From contig CAXTYC010000009.1 of the NCBI GenBank assembly GCA_964248365.1, positions 61,991 through 125,990 on the forward strand: DNA of 64,000 nucleotides, read 5' to 3'. Under the pieces are notes generated by a model, which was given only the letters and a program-made list of their open reading frames with translations, searched no databases and had not been told where the DNA came from. The position numbers were made by a program, and so were the translations under genes. The stretch's first letter is position 1, and the number at the start of each line of letters is the position of its first letter. Shown here piece after piece: positions 29,183 through 38,918 of this stretch. This DNA comes from an uncultured Chroococcidiopsis sp. (lineage in GTDB: Bacteria; Cyanobacteriota; Cyanobacteriia; Cyanobacteriales; Chroococcidiopsidaceae).

Positions 29183-29380
29183 ATGCTTGCTGTGAAGTTT
29201 ATTTGTATGGCTGTGGAGGCATTTCTCCTATCAGCCATGCTTTCTTTTGCTGGAGATTTGATCTCGGCTAAGAGTGATGCGGCTGTGCAAGCAGGCTTTC
29301 TCCTGCTTGTGCTAACTGTGGCGATTGCGATCGCCAGTATATTTTTCTGGTTTCCCAGTCTGAAAAAATTATTCAAATAA
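29183..29380 (+). CDS. Small two-TM membrane protein
   Basis: AGGAGG RBS 8 nt upstream; two hydrophobic stretches around GDLISAKSD; directly precedes the SPFH gene. Confidence 0.6.
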   Translation: MLAVKFICMAVEAFLLSAMLSFAGDLISAKSDAAVQAGFLLLVLTVAIAIASIFFWFPSLKKLFK

Positions 29381-29397
29381 CTAAAGCTACGTGTGTG

Positions 29398-30237
29398 ATG
29401 AAAAAAAAATACGCTATTTTACTAGGTATATTGACCGTCTCAGTTGCTGCTTGTAGTATCTTACCTGGTCATGTCAGAATCAAACCTGGCTATGTTGGTA
29501 TTAAAGTTGAAGGCTACGGCAGCAGCAAGGGTGTCCAAGACGTAACATTGGCAACCGGAGACGTAGTATATAACCCCATGACTGAACAGGTATTTCAGTT
29601 TCCTACGTTTGAACAGAACTACGTATGGACTAAAGACACTAACGAACAAAGTCCCCTAGATGAATCAATCACCTTTAATAGTGCTGAGGGAATCGTTATT
29701 AATGCAGATGTCAATGTTCAGTTTGCATTTATTACTGATAAGATTCCTTTAGTATTCCAAGCATATAGACAAGATGCGGATGACATCACTAAAACTATCA
29801 TCCGTTCTCAAGTAAGAGATGTGATTAATATTGTAGCTAGTAAACGTAAATTAACAGATATATTTGGGGCTGGAAAGGGTGAAATGTTAGCAGAGGTGGA
29901 ACAAATTTTAAATCAGAGACTTGAGAACAAAGGAATTCGATTTGACTTAGTTACTTTCGTTAATGCTCTGCGCGTCGATCCAACTGTGCAACAATCTTTA
30001 AATCAAACGGTAAATGCTTCTTTTAAGGCTGCTGAAGCCCAAAATCGTCTCAAAGAAGCGCAAATTAATTTACAAATTGCTCAGGTAAAGGCGCAAGAAA
30101 ATGCGGTAACAAGTAAATCTCTAACTCCTCAACTTCTTCAAGCTAAAGCGTTGGAAAAGTGGGATGGGCAGTTACCTCAGTCTACTAGTGGAATGCCTTT
30201 TTTACAGTTTCCTAGTAATAATTCTACTAACAAGTAG
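29398..30237 (+). CDS. SPFH/band 7 (prohibitin-like) lipoprotein
   Basis: Lipobox-like VAAC, IKPGYVGIKV, FPTFEQ, coiled-coil tail ending SLTPQLLQAKALEKWDGQLP. Confidence 0.85.
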   Translation: MKKKYAILLGILTVSVAACSILPGHVRIKPGYVGIKVEGYGSSKGVQDVTLATGDVVYNPMTEQVFQFPTFEQNYVWTKDTNEQSPLDESITFNSAEGIVINADVNVQFAFITDKIPLVFQAYRQDADDITKTIIRSQVRDVINIVASKRKLTDIFGAGKGEMLAEVEQILNQRLENKGIRFDLVTFVNALRVDPTVQQSLNQTVNASFKAAEAQNRLKEAQINLQIAQVKAQENAVTSKSLTPQLLQAKALEKWDGQLPQSTSGMPFLQFPSNNSTNK

Positions 30238-30343
30238 TTCTGATTATTGGCATTACATAGAAATTTCAACTTTACCCACAACTTCTTTTGAGACAGAAAT
30301 TATAATTCGTACAAATTCTGTCACAGCCTACCATGCAAGCTTA

Positions 30344-30817
30344 CTACCCCTGAGCGGACAGCGCCTTGCGGTAAACGATCTTGTCATCGCCTACTTTATA
30401 GAAGTCGCGGATACGCGCTTCCTCGTCATAACCGCACTTGCGGTAGAACGATCGCGTGCGCTCGAAGTCTGGCAGCCCTGACGTTTCCACTAGCAGCACA
30501 CGTCCGCCGCGCGCCTTCAACGTTTGTTCAATGTAGCGTAGCAGGGTCGCACCACGTCCTTGTCCTTGGCGATTAGGTCGGATAGCAATCAATTGCAGGT
30601 TCCACGTTCCATCAGTCATCCGTTCCATCTCGCAGTAGGCGACCCCCACCAGCCCGTTGTCGTCGTCGGTGATCCAGAAGTGATCGTCGCTGTTACCACC
30701 AAAGTAATCGGACAGCATTTCGCCAAGCTCCTCAAGTTGGTTCGGCTGGAACAGTCCGGTCGCGTCAGCTAGGGCGATCAGCGCGGTTGTATCATCGGGC
30801 GTGGTCGGTCGAATCAT
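30344..30817 (-). CDS. GNAT family N-acetyltransferase
   Basis: IAIRPNRQGQGRG acetyl-CoA motif, LVETS..FERTRSFYRKCGY. Confidence 0.9.
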   Translation of the reverse strand: MIRPTTPDDTTALIALADATGLFQPNQLEELGEMLSDYFGGNSDDHFWITDDDNGLVGVAYCEMERMTDGTWNLQLIAIRPNRQGQGRGATLLRYIEQTLKARGGRVLLVETSGLPDFERTRSFYRKCGYDEEARIRDFYKVGDDKIVYRKALSAQG

Positions 30818-31104
30818 AGCGAACTGTGTGTACGTGTAAAAGCAGTAACAGGAGATCTCGAAGGTGTCATCGGGCGTGGTCAGTCGAAATTATAGCGAAC
30901 TCCAACGCACAGATCCCAGTTACGAGGCTGCCTAACTATTTATTACACAGAATCTTTGCGTATAACTAGCTCATTTAAAGTGGATATACGGAGTTTAAGA
31001 TAACATCCATATCCATGCATTAGCCAAAATTTTTCGAGCATAACATCTGTATTAGAGCATTATATAGAAAATTTATAGATAAAATTTTCTAAGAACAATG
31101 CCCG

Positions 31105-31128
31105 AAAAAGCTCCTGTTCGACAGGAGC
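31105..31128 (-). terminator. Probable intrinsic terminator downstream of aroA
   Basis: GCTCCTGT-CGA-ACAGGAGC stem followed by TTTTT on the minus strand, about 60 bp after the aroA stop. Confidence 0.65.
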
Positions 31129-31189
31129 AAAACGTAATAAATTTAGACACAAAACGTTTTAACGCTCAAGGTAGGCAGATTTTTCAAAT

Positions 31190-32536
31190 TTATGCGCAGA
31201 TTTGTTGTAAAGTGGGAATGAAATCTGGATAAGAAATAGTAGCAGCTTCGGCGCGATGTATGGTTGTGGTTCCAGTAGCATTGCAAGCAGCGATCGCAAA
31301 ACTCATAGCAATCCGATGATCGGTATGACTATCCACATCAGTGCCAGTTAGCCCCGTACCACCAGTAATTTCCATACCATCAGGTAATTCTGTTATTTTA
31401 GCCCCCATTTTGTTTAACTGAGTTGCCATTACTGTAATGCGATCGCTTTCTTTTACCCGCAATTCTTCGGCATCTCTAATTACTGTTGTTCCCCCAGCAA
31501 ATACAGCCGCTACTGCTAAAATCGGAATTTCATCAATTAACCGAGGAATCAAATCACCCGCAATAGTGCAACCATTCAGAGAACTAGAACGCACCCGCAA
31601 GTCGGCTACTGGTTCCCCTGCTACAGTTCGTTCATTCTCTAACTCGATATTTGCTCCCATCATCGCCAAAGCTTCTAAAATGCCTGTACGAGTGGGATTA
31701 ACGCCGACATTTTCAATTAGTAAATTAGATCCAGGTACAATTGCTCCAGCTACTAACCAAAAGGCAGCAGAACTGATATCACCTGGCACAATTACTTTTT
31801 GTCCGTGCAATTGAACCCCACCACTAACAGTTACACTATTAGTATCAGGATCGACGCTTAGATCAGCACCAAATGCTTTGAGCATCCTTTCGCTATGATC
31901 GCGGGACTTGGCTGGTTCGGTCACAATAGTTTTTCCTTCTGTCATCAATCCCGCCAGCAGAATACAGGACTTGACTTGTGCTGAAGCGATGGGAGATTGA
32001 TAATGAATTGGTTTGAGGGATTGTCCTTGAATAGCTAGAGGTGCTAAAGAATTGCCTTTGCGTCCCCAAATTTGCGCGCCCATTTGTTGCAGAGGTTTAA
32101 CTACGCGGGACATAGGACGCGATCGCAACGAATTATCGCCCGTTACGGTAAAATATCGCCCCGCATGGGATGCCAAAAGTCCCATCATTAGCCGGATAGT
32201 AGTACCAGAGTTCCCAGCATCTAATACATCAACTGGCTCTTGTAGTTGACCCAAGCCGATACCTTTAATCTGCACTAGCTCTGTATTTAGACTAGAAATT
32301 TCTGCACCCATCGCCCGAAAACAGCTAGCAGTGCTACGCGGATCTTCTCCTAACAGCAAACCTTCGATTTGAGTTTCACCCTGGGCGATCGCACCTAACA
32401 TCAAAGCCCGATGGGAAATAGATTTATCCCCAGGAACTCGGATGCGACCTTGTAAACTTACTCCAGACGAGGGTCTATTAATAATCAAATTTTGCTGTTT
32501 TTCGGTAGTTTCTACTGCTACAGGGTTCGCCAACAT
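31190..32536 (-). CDS. aroA: 3-phosphoshikimate 1-carboxyvinyltransferase (EPSP synthase)
   Basis: [40 protein letters not shown]. Confidence 0.97.
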   Translation of the reverse strand: MLANPVAVETTEKQQNLIINRPSSGVSLQGRIRVPGDKSISHRALMLGAIAQGETQIEGLLLGEDPRSTASCFRAMGAEISSLNTELVQIKGIGLGQLQEPVDVLDAGNSGTTIRLMMGLLASHAGRYFTVTGDNSLRSRPMSRVVKPLQQMGAQIWGRKGNSLAPLAIQGQSLKPIHYQSPIASAQVKSCILLAGLMTEGKTIVTEPAKSRDHSERMLKAFGADLSVDPDTNSVTVSGGVQLHGQKVIVPGDISSAAFWLVAGAIVPGSNLLIENVGVNPTRTGILEALAMMGANIELENERTVAGEPVADLRVRSSSLNGCTIAGDLIPRLIDEIPILAVAAVFAGGTTVIRDAEELRVKESDRITVMATQLNKMGAKITELPDGMEITGGTGLTGTDVDSHTDHRIAMSFAIAACNATGTTTIHRAEAATISYPDFIPTLQQICA

Positions 32537-32979
32537 GGGGATAAACTAACGTGTAAGGAGAGCGCTTTTATCCTAGCCTTTCCTTGACTAATACTCATAG
32601 GAAATTCTTTATATAAATTCCCAATTCGTAACTATCGTGTTCTCCCCTGCCTCCCCTCGCGCGAAAGATAGCTCTAGTTAGTCGCCCCTTACCGCAACAA
32701 TTGCGAGTCGAATACGAATTGTGGTCAGAAGTGCAACTGGGAAATTATATTTTCAACCTAGAATTTTATTCTTAGTGTATTCAATTATAATAACACGCGA
32801 TCCCAAAGCTATTTTGAGTAAACACGACATTTGTCAGCTTTATAGCTAAAATATGCTAGTTTAACCCTGCTTCTGCTCTAATAAGTATGCCCCCCCATAG
32901 GATTGAAATTTTTATACAAGATAGGTTTTATTAAAGGGTTACACCTTTTGACATCGGCTGCAAAGAAAAGCTGTTAATT

Positions 32980-33729
32980 ATGGCTACAGTCCCTCCTAGT
33001 TTTTCCTCAAGCTGGCTGCACTGGCTGATACAGCCGCAGTTAGCGATGCACATTCCAGATGGCTTTTTGAATTTACCTGTTATTGCCGTAACTTGGATTA
33101 TTGCGCTCGGTTTAATTGCACTAGCTCTGAATAAAGTGCAGGCAGAATATCAGGAAAAGGCTGTACCCTTGATGGGAGTTTGTGCCGCGTTTATCTTTGC
33201 CGCACAGATGATTAATTTTCCTATTCCAGGCGGCACTTCTGGTCATTTGCTGGGAGGAACTCTAGCCGCAGCTTTATTAGGACCTTGGGCAGGTTCGCTA
33301 GTAATGGCTGTAGTGTTTATCGTCCAAGGTGTCCTGTTTCAAGATGGCGGTTTAACCGTCTTGGGAGCCAACATCTTTAACATGGGATTGATTGGCACGT
33401 TTGGCGGTTATTACCTCTACAGAGCGATTCGCTTTGCCATCGGACGCGATAAACAGCAAGGCATGGCGATCGCAGCTGCTGTTGCTGCTTGGACAAGCGT
33501 AGTGGTTGCCTCAATTGTCTGTGCCATAGAACTTGCGTTATCTGGAACAGTCCCCTTGGCTGTAGCATTGACTGCTATGACAAGTTGGCACTTTTTGATC
33601 GGCATTGGGGAGGCACTGATTACAGTCGTAGCACTCACTTTTATTTGGCGGACTCGTCCAGATCTGTTTTACGATCCGCCTCGCCGAGCAGTAATGTCTA
33701 AAAGTCGTCCACTTTCCAACTCTCGATAA
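32980..33729 (+). CDS. cbiM: ECF Co/Ni transporter substrate component
   Basis: AMHIPDGFL, AAFIFAAQMINFP..GGTSGH, QDGGL..LGAN. Confidence 0.9.
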   Translation: MATVPPSFSSSWLHWLIQPQLAMHIPDGFLNLPVIAVTWIIALGLIALALNKVQAEYQEKAVPLMGVCAAFIFAAQMINFPIPGGTSGHLLGGTLAAALLGPWAGSLVMAVVFIVQGVLFQDGGLTVLGANIFNMGLIGTFGGYYLYRAIRFAIGRDKQQGMAIAAAVAAWTSVVVASIVCAIELALSGTVPLAVALTAMTSWHFLIGIGEALITVVALTFIWRTRPDLFYDPPRRAVMSKSRPLSNSR

Positions 33730-33738
33730 TAAAGGCTC

Positions 33739-34077
33739 ATGAGTAGTAATCTAACGCGATCGCGTAACCGTGCTGTTGTGATTGCAGGTCTAGGTACTGC
33801 CCTGCTAATTGCGATTTTCCTTTCTCCCTTTGCTAGCAAAAATCCTGACGGCTTAGATCGAGTTTCACAAGATCTCAAATTTGAACATAAAGCCGCTGAA
33901 GATGCACCCGCCCGCAAGTTACCTTTCTACGCTGTATTTGATGAATATGCCCTAAGAGGTGTACCAGAAGCAGTAGCTACTCCCATAGCTGGTCTTGTGG
34001 GAACGTTAGCTGTTTTTGGTTTAGCTTGGGGGATTGGGAAACTTGTGGTGCGCGGTTCTCATTCATCCGAGGAGTAA
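33739..34077 (+). CDS. PDGLE-domain ECF Co/Ni transporter accessory protein
   Basis: SPFASKNPDGLD between two TM helices; located between cbiM and cbiQ. Confidence 0.85.
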   Translation: MSSNLTRSRNRAVVIAGLGTALLIAIFLSPFASKNPDGLDRVSQDLKFEHKAAEDAPARKLPFYAVFDEYALRGVPEAVATPIAGLVGTLAVFGLAWGIGKLVVRGSHSSEE

Positions 34078-34217
34078 GTGTTGAGTAGTAACTGGCGATC
34101 AGGTGATGGGGTGATCAGGTGAGAAAAGATTGGCTCCCTAAGTCCCCTCATCTCCCTCCTCTCCTACGCTCCCACTCTCCTATCCTCCACAACTCCTAAG
34201 AACCTAACTTTTGAATA

Positions 34218-34997
34218 ATGGTGCTACTTCATATTGGCGCATTTAATCTTGATGTCGATAGTCAAAACGTTACGCCCTGGCATACTCTCGCGCCTCGCAC
34301 CCGAATTTTATGTACGTTGCTGATGGTGTTTGCTATTGTCTTAACACCCAACGCACATTGGTGGACTTGGGCAATTTATGGATTAGCTATAGTTAGCCTA
34401 CTGTTACTAAGTCAAGTAACCCTACGAGTTTTACTCAAACGCTTAGCAGTAGAGTTTACTTTCATTGGTGTAGTTTTCCTGGGTACTTTATTCCGACGTG
34501 GGGGTGTAGTTTTATGGTCTTGGGGACCTTTGCAAATCACCACTGTGGGGTTAACGATCTTAGGAAGTGTAACGCTCAAGGCGTTGCTATCACTACTAGT
34601 GCTGAACCTGCTGACTTTAACTACCTCAGTCTCGGCGCTACTCCATGCTCTGATTCAACTGCGTACCCCACCACTACTGGTAGCAACTATAGCATCAATG
34701 TATCGCTATATCGGCGTGTTGATTGGCGAATTTAATGCCATGCGTCGCGCTGCGAGATCTCGCAACTTGATGAGTAGTAACTTTTTGCAACGCCTAGTAG
34801 TTGGCAATACCATCGGTGCGCTATTTATCCGCACTTATGAGCGAGGAGAAATAGTTTATCAAGCAATGCTAGCGCGGGGTTATCAAGGAATACCGCCAGT
34901 TGAGAAACTCCCGACAGGAGGAAGGCGCGATATTCTGGCTCTAACTTTAACTTTAGTTGTAGCGCTACTGGGGCAGGTTATTTATTTGCCCAAATAA
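34218..34997 (+). CDS. cbiQ: ECF transporter T component
   Basis: Multiple TM segments, YRYI..E..AM.RA..SR, LFIRTYERGE.VYQAMLARGY. Confidence 0.9.
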   Translation: MVLLHIGAFNLDVDSQNVTPWHTLAPRTRILCTLLMVFAIVLTPNAHWWTWAIYGLAIVSLLLLSQVTLRVLLKRLAVEFTFIGVVFLGTLFRRGGVVLWSWGPLQITTVGLTILGSVTLKALLSLLVLNLLTLTTSVSALLHALIQLRTPPLLVATIASMYRYIGVLIGEFNAMRRAARSRNLMSSNFLQRLVVGNTIGALFIRTYERGEIVYQAMLARGYQGIPPVEKLPTGGRRDILALTLTLVVALLGQVIYLPK

Positions 34998-35045
34998 ACT
35001 TTTATTTTTATATTTTTCCCTAGCCTTTTGCGCCTTTAGTACAAG

Positions 35046-35831
35046 ATGCACCATAATCCGATCTCAATCCAAAACCTTAGCTATATCTACCCTGACGGAA
35101 CTCATGCCCTGAAAGAAATTAATTTGTCTATCAAAGCAACTGAGCGGGTAGCATTAGTAGGAGCTAATGGTTCTGGAAAATCGACGTTGCAGCTACACCT
35201 AAATGGAATTATCCTACCTCAGCAAGGACAGGTAATGATTGGAGAATGGGAGGTAAACCAGAAGAATTTACGAGAAATTCGGAACTTTGTCGGATTAGTG
35301 TTTCAAAATCCAGATAATCAGTTATTTATGCCTACAGTGTGGGAGGATGTGGCTTTTGGTCCGCTGAATTTGGGATTAAAAGACGCAGAACTCAAACAAC
35401 GAGTACTCGATGCAATGGCAGCAGTTGATATTGACCCAGAATGGTACGGACAACGCAATACTGATAACTTGTCTGGGGGAGAAAAGAAACGAATTGCGAT
35501 CGCAGGTGTATTAGCGATGCAACCTCAAGTATTGGTACTCGATGAACCTTCCGCCCAACTCGATCCCCGTTCTCGCCGTCAATTAATCGAATTATTACAA
35601 ACTTTGCCCCTGACGCAATTGATTGCTACCCACGATCTCGATTTAGCTTTGGAACTGTGCGATCGCACCATTGTTTTAAGTCAAGGTCAAGTCGTGTACG
35701 ATGGGGAGACTCAAAGAGTGATGAGCAATCCAGATCTTCTGTTTCAGCACGCTCTCGAACCGCCACTGAGCTACAGCCGTCCCTACTGCAACCTGAAAGA
35801 TGCACCTGTCACTCAAGCGCTGAGTGCATAA
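35046..35831 (+). CDS. cbiO: ECF transporter ATPase
   Basis: GANGSGKST, VFQNPDNQLF, LSGGEKKR, LDEP. Confidence 0.9.
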   Translation: MHHNPISIQNLSYIYPDGTHALKEINLSIKATERVALVGANGSGKSTLQLHLNGIILPQQGQVMIGEWEVNQKNLREIRNFVGLVFQNPDNQLFMPTVWEDVAFGPLNLGLKDAELKQRVLDAMAAVDIDPEWYGQRNTDNLSGGEKKRIAIAGVLAMQPQVLVLDEPSAQLDPRSRRQLIELLQTLPLTQLIATHDLDLALELCDRTIVLSQGQVVYDGETQRVMSNPDLLFQHALEPPLSYSRPYCNLKDAPVTQALSA

Positions 35832-36079
35832 TCTATTTTCCTTCATCGAGAACGCTAATACATGAGGATGCACATCCCCACCCTTCGTTAATAGGCTGTG
35901 CCTATTAACGAGTGGAAAGAGGGCTGCTGCCTCGTTGGTTGCACTCGCCTGGTAACGAGTAGACTTCAGGCAAGAAAGGCTAGATGTACTTGTTCCCTGC
36001 TTTTTTTGCCTTGTCCAAATTAATTGATAATAATTGACAACAAACACCTTTGCAAATATACTGAAACTTTGGAAATACT

Positions 36080-36094
36080 TGCAAATCATTTTCA
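36080..36094. promoter_or_regulatory. Fur-box-like site
   Basis: TGCAAAT-C-ATTTTCA resembles the 7-1-7 TGATAAT-N-ATTATCA; lies upstream of an iron uptake module. Confidence 0.5.
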
Positions 36095-36140
36095 ATATAA
36101 TCAAAATTGAATTGCATTTGCTACTACTATTGGCGATTTC

Positions 36141-37139
36141 ATGCCTAACTATTTTGTACTGGGCAAAACCAAGCTGAGCCGCCGTCAAATGCTGAAATTT
36201 GGCATTGCTGGAGTCGGTTTGACGGCTGCTAGCGTTGCGTTGCAAAACTTTATACCCGATGAGTCTCCAGCCAGAGTACCGCCACAACCCTCCAGTGACA
36301 AGCTTAATGCTGCAAGTGTGAATCCGATGGCTGTGTTAAGAGATTTCGACTATGGCACAGTCAAGCGCGAAAACGGACGCACGATCAGAGAATTTCGCCT
36401 CACTGCCGGAACTTCCACAATTCAACTGAATTCTTCTGTTACTTTTAATACTTGGGATCTGAATAATCGCATACCAGGACCGACACTACGGGCAAAACAA
36501 GGCGATCGCATTCGTATCCTTTTCCTCAATCAAGGCGGACACTCCCATTCTTTGCACTTTCACGGCATTCACCCAGCGGAAGTTGATGGTATCCGTCCCG
36601 TTCGTCATGGTGCAGCAGCAATTTATGAGTTTGATGCCGAACCTTATGGCGTACATTTATACCACTGTCACGTTGAGCCAGTCACACGCCACGTAGGCAA
36701 GGGTATGTATGGAATGTTCATTATCGATCCACCCCAAAAGCGTCCCCCAGCGGATGAAATGGTGCTGGTTATGGGTGGTTATGACGTGAATGAGGACAAT
36801 CGCAATGAAATGTATGCCTTTAATGGACAGCCGGATTATTACATGATGCATCCAATACCCGTTTACCAAAATCAGCTAATTCGGCTGTATGTCCTCAACA
36901 TGATTGAGTTAGATCCTGCCGTGACATTTCACTTACACGCTAACTTCTTCCAAGTTTATCCCACAGGGATGACGCTCACCCCGACTCATCAAACGGATGT
37001 AATCACGATGGGGACGGCTGAAAGGCATATTTTGGAATTTAGCTACAAATATCCTGGTAAGTATATGTTTCATCCCCATCAAGATGCGATCGCCGAAGCT
37101 GGTTGCATGGGTGTATTTGAAGTTGTTTCCTCAACTTAG
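36141..37139 (+). CDS. Tat-exported two-domain multicopper oxidase
   Basis: SRRQMLK Tat motif; HSLHFHG, LYHCHV, TFHLHAN, MFHPHQ..AEAGCMG copper motifs. Confidence 0.9.
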   Translation: MPNYFVLGKTKLSRRQMLKFGIAGVGLTAASVALQNFIPDESPARVPPQPSSDKLNAASVNPMAVLRDFDYGTVKRENGRTIREFRLTAGTSTIQLNSSVTFNTWDLNNRIPGPTLRAKQGDRIRILFLNQGGHSHSLHFHGIHPAEVDGIRPVRHGAAAIYEFDAEPYGVHLYHCHVEPVTRHVGKGMYGMFIIDPPQKRPPADEMVLVMGGYDVNEDNRNEMYAFNGQPDYYMMHPIPVYQNQLIRLYVLNMIELDPAVTFHLHANFFQVYPTGMTLTPTHQTDVITMGTAERHILEFSYKYPGKYMFHPHQDAIAEAGCMGVFEVVSST

Positions 37140-37160
37140 TTGAAATAATTTGCCAATAAT

Positions 37161-37177
37161 TTGAGAAAATATCTCAA
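37161..37177. promoter_or_regulatory. Fur-box-like palindrome
   Basis: TTGAGAAAATATCTCAA upstream of the HhH lipoprotein / ferritin-like / FTR1 genes. Confidence 0.55.
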
Positions 37178-37264
37178 TAGCTGTAAACTAAATCCGTCAC
37201 TTCAGTAGTATAAAGCTTTGCATCCCCCTTGAGATAGATATTTTGCCGTGTTGAGATAAAAAAT

Positions 37265-38287
37265 ATGTCCATCTTACGCTTCTTGTTCATTAGCATCACT
37301 ATAGCCTTGCTGGTAATTATGGTTAGCTGTAGTCAACCGAACACAAGTAATAATCAAACCCAACCGCCTGCTACTAATACAAGTACTGCGTCAACCGCCA
37401 GTCAGAATCAGGGTAGCAAGGAAAAAATCAACATCAACACTGCTATTTTGTCCCAATTGGATAAATTTGAAGCTGCATTGGGAATTCCTGCTCTATCAAA
37501 TAAGATTCAAGCAAATCGTCCCTACAGTAGCCCAAATGATTTAGTCTCCAAAAATGTGATTAACCAGCAGCAGTTCGACAAAATCAAGGACATGGTGACA
37601 GTTGAGGATGTAGTGCTGACAGGTCAAGCTAAAGATGTCGATTATATGTCCAAGCTGGGCTTAATGAAGGGGCATTTGATCGTAGCGAAAGAATTACTAG
37701 ATCAACAGCTACCTAAGCAAGCAGAGCCTCACATCGGACATCCAGTAGAAGAGATTTATCTCGATGTGGAAGATCAACTCAATGAGCGCAACATCAAAGA
37801 ATTCAAGACAACCTTAATCAGCTTGCAAGATTTGGTGAAATCCCAGCCCAAAGCTGCCAAAGTGAACACTGATTTTAAAACTTCGATGGATGCAGTCGAT
37901 GGAGCGATCGCCGCTTTACCCCAGACTCAACGTACCTCGCCAGAGTTTACCTTACAAGTAATCAACGAATTACTAGATGCGGCTAACTCAGAATATGGAG
38001 CTGCGATCGCCAACGGTAAAATTGCCGCCGCGATCGAATACCAAGATTCTCGCGGCTTTGTCACCTATGCTAACCAACTGTTTCAAGGCATTTCTAGCCA
38101 AATGGCTGCTTCAAATCCCCAGGCTCACAAAGCGATCGAAACCAATATGAGTGAACTTACCAAAGCATGGACTGGGGCGGTTCCTCCAGCTGCTCCAGTC
38201 AAAACCCCTGAGCAAGTATCTGGGCTAATTAAGACAATTGAGCAAAACTCACAAAAAGTAGTTAACAGATCTAACACACCTGCTTAA
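37265..38287 (+). CDS. Lipoprotein with helix-hairpin-helix-type domain and His/Glu-rich helical domain (putative metal binding)
   Basis: Lipobox-like MVSC, KININTA..KIQANRPY (ComEA/PsbU-like), then MKGHL..EPHIGHPVEEIY and EYQDSRGF. Confidence 0.7.
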   Translation: MSILRFLFISITIALLVIMVSCSQPNTSNNQTQPPATNTSTASTASQNQGSKEKININTAILSQLDKFEAALGIPALSNKIQANRPYSSPNDLVSKNVINQQQFDKIKDMVTVEDVVLTGQAKDVDYMSKLGLMKGHLIVAKELLDQQLPKQAEPHIGHPVEEIYLDVEDQLNERNIKEFKTTLISLQDLVKSQPKAAKVNTDFKTSMDAVDGAIAALPQTQRTSPEFTLQVINELLDAANSEYGAAIANGKIAAAIEYQDSRGFVTYANQLFQGISSQMAASNPQAHKAIETNMSELTKAWTGAVPPAAPVKTPEQVSGLIKTIEQNSQKVVNRSNTPA

Positions 38288-38420
38288 AGGCATTTGTTAA
38301 ATTGGAAGATCGCCATCAGTAGTAGGGGCGCAAGGATGAAGAATTTTGATCTTTTTTACCAAATCGGATTAAGCCGCCCCTACACCTTCACAACACCCGC
38401 TAAATGACAAATAACAACCA

Positions 38421-38867
38421 ATGCGAGAGCTTGACCAGAAAAAGGCGATTGATCTGCTAAACTCCATTATGGAATTTGAACTAGCAGGGGTAGTGCGCTA
38501 TACCCATTATTCCCTGATGGTGACTGGACCTAACCGAATTCCAATTGTGGAGTTTTTCAAACTACAAGCAACGGAATCCCTCACCCATGCCCAACAAGTA
38601 GGAGAAATTCTAACTGGTTTAGAAGGGCATCCCAGCCTAAAAATCGCTCCGATGGAAGAAACCTACAAACACACGGTGCGAGATATTCTAGAGGAAAGTC
38701 TAGCACATGAAAAGAAAGCGTTGGATCTGTATAAAACATTGCTAGACACGGTTGCTGATGCCAGCGTATATCTAGAAGAATTCGCCCGTACTATGATTGG
38801 CACAGAAGAATTGCACAACATCGAAATTAAAAAGATGTTGCGCGATTTTAGTGGTAGCGCAGCATAG
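38421..38867 (+). CDS. Ferritin-like (bacterioferritin-type) protein
   Basis: Four-helix pattern with ELAGVVRY, ESLTHA, HEKKA..Y, EELH. Confidence 0.85.
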   Translation: MRELDQKKAIDLLNSIMEFELAGVVRYTHYSLMVTGPNRIPIVEFFKLQATESLTHAQQVGEILTGLEGHPSLKIAPMEETYKHTVRDILEESLAHEKKALDLYKTLLDTVADASVYLEEFARTMIGTEELHNIEIKKMLRDFSGSAA

Positions 38868-38918
38868 CGATTAGCAATTAGCAAGGTAAAAATTGACACA
38901 AAATCATAAAGAATACTC

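Noticed and set aside
29183..30970. Prophage or integron
   Set aside because: No integrase, structural genes or repeated complete attC-like sites; only weak cassette-like hints
32537..32979. Cobalamin riboswitch upstream of cbiM
   Set aside because: No recognisable B12-box or conserved core by eye; an Rfam/Infernal scan would be needed
35676..36287. 203-aa minus-strand ORF
   Set aside because: Antisense to cbiO and the multicopper oxidase, spans their spacer, and has no motif
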